Origin: Squalus acanthias
Taxonomy: Eukaryota
Direction: 5' to 3'
Assembly (NCBI GenBank): GCA_030390025.1
Contig: CM059432.1
Span: 12,896,001 to 12,960,000 of the forward strand
DNA length: 64,000 nt
Below, in pieces: positions 61,547 through 64,000 of the stretch (its first letter is position 1; every line of letters begins with the position of its first letter). The translations under genes and the position numbers were made by a program. Under the pieces are notes generated by a model. It searched no databases. It worked only from the letters and a program-made list of their open reading frames with translations, and was not told the DNA's origin.

Positions 61547-62342
61547 CATGACTTTTGACTTTTTCTTAAGATTGTATTTATTCGTTGGTAAGCTCCCTAT
61601 TTGTTTAGTGGGACACAGACTTTCCAATTGAAATGGAGTCACTAGATTTAAGACTTTTATATGGACTAGCAGATCTCCCTTGGTTGATCATGGTAAGGCT
61701 TAGGATACTCTGTTTTATACCATGCCAATATAACATTCTGCTGCAAAGGTGGAGCTGTGTCCCTTCAAGGCCACATGGTTTAATTGCTGTCAGTAGGCCT
61801 TGAAGTAAGTTAGAGGCCAATTCCCCTAGAGACTTCCTGAAATCAATTAGCAGGTGATTGAGAGTGGCAGTCAGTTATAAATCGTTGGCTGATCCCGGAG
61901 GGCAGGTGAACTTGTCTTCAAATGATTGCCTGGTTTCCTTTCTCTTTTCTGCAAAACTGTTTTGCACCTGTAGCATCTGGAATGTGATATTTGGAGTATG
62001 AGAAACAAGACCTGGAAACAAGAATTTTACATACATAACCGATAGATGTGGCGTTCTTCCTTCCCAGAATACACCCTGAGCTCTTGTCAATTTCCACATT
62101 GTTGTCAGCATCGAGCAAATCATTCCCATCATGTTTAGTTTTTTGGCAAAGTTATACATTGCAAAGATGTGAAAGCTGACACTGGAAAAAGTAAAACCTA
62201 TTAACTAATCGAGGCAAGGGCTGAAAGCTGTCTGGAACTGCTTTGGAAAGATGTGTGATCATTCTGAGCAATGGAAGTGGAGAAGGGCAATAGTCTTTTC
62301 CCTTATTGAACTACTGTACTTAAAGGGCTTTTGACTGAAATA

Positions 62343-62697
62343 TCAGATGCAGGAAGGATGTTCCCGATGGCGGGGGAGTCCAGAACCAGGGGTCACAGTC
62401 GAAGGATAAGGGGTAAGCCATTTAGGACAGAAATGAGGAGGAATTTCTTCACCCAGAGAGTGGTGAACCTGTGGAATTCTCTACCACAGAAGGCAGTAGA
62501 GGCCAATTCATTAAATAGATTCAAGAAGGAGTTGGATATATTTCTTCAGGCTAAAGGGATCAAAGGATATGGGGAGAAAGCAGGGACAGGGTACTGAATT
62601 TGGATGATCAGCCATGATCGCATTGAATGGCAGAACAGGCTCGAGGGGCCAATTGGCCTACTCCTGCTCCTATCTTCTATGTTTCTATGATTCTATA
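62343..62697 (+). mobile_element. CR1 3' end
   Basis: DAGRMFPMAGESRTRGHS..WNSLPQKAVEA plus tail. Confidence 0.92.
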
Positions 62698-62942
62698 TAT
62701 AGGCCGGAATTTTGCCGGTCCTCAGAGTGCAGGGTTGGAGGCGGGACCGCTGTCAAAATCGCAAAGATTGACAGCGGACAGGAAACCCGCTGTCAACCCG
62801 CCTCCAATCAATCTTCCCAACTAACAAACAGGCACCAGCAGGAATAAAGTATCCTGCGTGTCGCAAGAAGTATACAAAATAAAAAATTAACTCATCCAAT
62901 TTATAGCCATTAAGGTGCTCCCTAGTCTATCATTTTTATAAG

Positions 62943-63221
62943 AATGAAAGACTTGTATTTCTATAGCTCCTTTCACGACCTCAGGATGTCCCAAAGCGCT
63001 TTACAGCCAATGAAGTACTTCTGCAGTATAGTCACTGTTGTAATGTAGGAAACACGGCAGGCAATCTGCGCACAGCAAGCTCCCACAAATAGCAATGAGA
63101 TAAATGAGCAGATCATCTGTTTTAATGATTTTGGTTGAGGGTGAATATTGGCAAGGGCACTGGGAAGAACTCCGTGCTCTTCTTCGAAATAGTGTCGTGG
63201 GATCTTTTACATCCACCTGAG
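62943..63221 (-). mobile_element. Deu SINE, 5'-truncated
   Basis: Tail and part of the core. Confidence 0.85.
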
Positions 63222-63479
63222 ATTTATGCAAGTGTCTCACTCACAAGGTCAGTATTATCACTTAGCCCTGGAGTTAGGGTTCTAATGTCGTTTTTTTTAT
63301 CATCTTTGTAACCACTGGATGACTTCAGTCATAAGTTTCATTCCTGATAAATGCATCCTTTCATTTCAGCCCAATTTTATATGCAGATAGAAAATTCAAA
63401 AGAATGGAGCCACATCAAGTGTACATCCTCAAATGGTTCTTAAGTGCACACTGAATAAGGAAAAAGACTTGATTTGCAT

Positions 63480-63622
63480 TTATTGCTCCACCATTGGTGG
63501 CCGTGCCTCCAGCTGCCTAGATCCTAAGCTCTGGAATTCCTTCCCTAAATCTCTCCACCTCTCCACTTCTCTTTCCTCCTTTAAGATGCTCCTTAAAACC
63601 TACCTCTTCGACCAAGCATTTT
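63480..63622 (+). mobile_element. L2 LINE 3' fragment
   Basis: TIGGRASSCLDPKLWNSFP..FKMLLKTYLFDQAF. Confidence 0.8.
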
Positions 63623-63624
63623 TC

Positions 63625-63980
63625 TGACTTTTCCTTTCTGTCTCTTTTTTCTCTCTCTCTTAATCCAATCTTCTTTTCCCTCTCTTTATTCCTCTTTATG
63701 TGCCTGATTTTGACATTGAATTCATCCACTCTAATTTACACTTCCTTTTCAGTCCTTCCGCTATTTATTTCTCAATCCTTCAATCTGATTGGTTTGGGAG
63801 ATACCCTGTTGCTTGTCCTGTTCACTCAGGTCCCAGATGCCCTGTTTCCCTCGCTGCGATGTTATCCGCTCGCACTTTCAGCAACTTAGTGGGCAAACAT
63901 TTTTTGAGCTGAAGGGTGCGGGGTCATGTCTAACTAACGGCAGACACCATTGGATGCCCTGCTACAGCAAAATGTGGCCC
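63625..63980. mobile_element. Partial Harbinger-type MITE (family E-like)
   Basis: Ends in gcaaaatgtggccc. The pyrimidine-rich body resembles 54200-54310. Confidence 0.45.
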
Positions 63981-64000
63981 ATAATGTATGGTTCCAGTAT

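Overview
Vertebrate genomic DNA dominated by repeats. The repeat set (CR1 with esterase ORF1, L2, RTE and Tx1 LINEs, tRNA-derived Deu-domain SINEs, Penelope-type inverted ends, many Harbinger-type and hAT-type non-autonomous DNA transposons) is typical of a cartilaginous fish, probably a shark (inference). I found no intact host gene or recognisable host exon, so the window is most likely intronic or intergenic, with a few unique AT-rich blocks that could be enhancers. All long ORFs are broken retroelement ORFs, their antisense shadows, or products of low-complexity sequence. Main observations: (1) Harbinger-type elements reuse the same nucleotide in other repeats, twice in CR1 ORF2 (junctions at 12982 and 39320) and twice in the Deu SINE (48598-49339 and 50043-50786, forming a near-perfect 0.74 kb inverted repeat). 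(2) A full-length CR1 (10176-16410) carries a 5' array of about 24-25 copies of a 38-bp CpG-rich monomer inside its insertion boundaries. (3) A minimal hammerhead-ribozyme motif sits in a Penelope-type inverted repeat at 28962-28996. (4) A 1.77 kb Harbinger deletion derivative retains Myb/SANT remnants. (5) A 56-bp locally templated insertion is present at 9793-9848. Family names come from my recall of consensus sequences and need a Dfam/Repbase check. Boundaries not fixed by a TSD or TIR are approximate.
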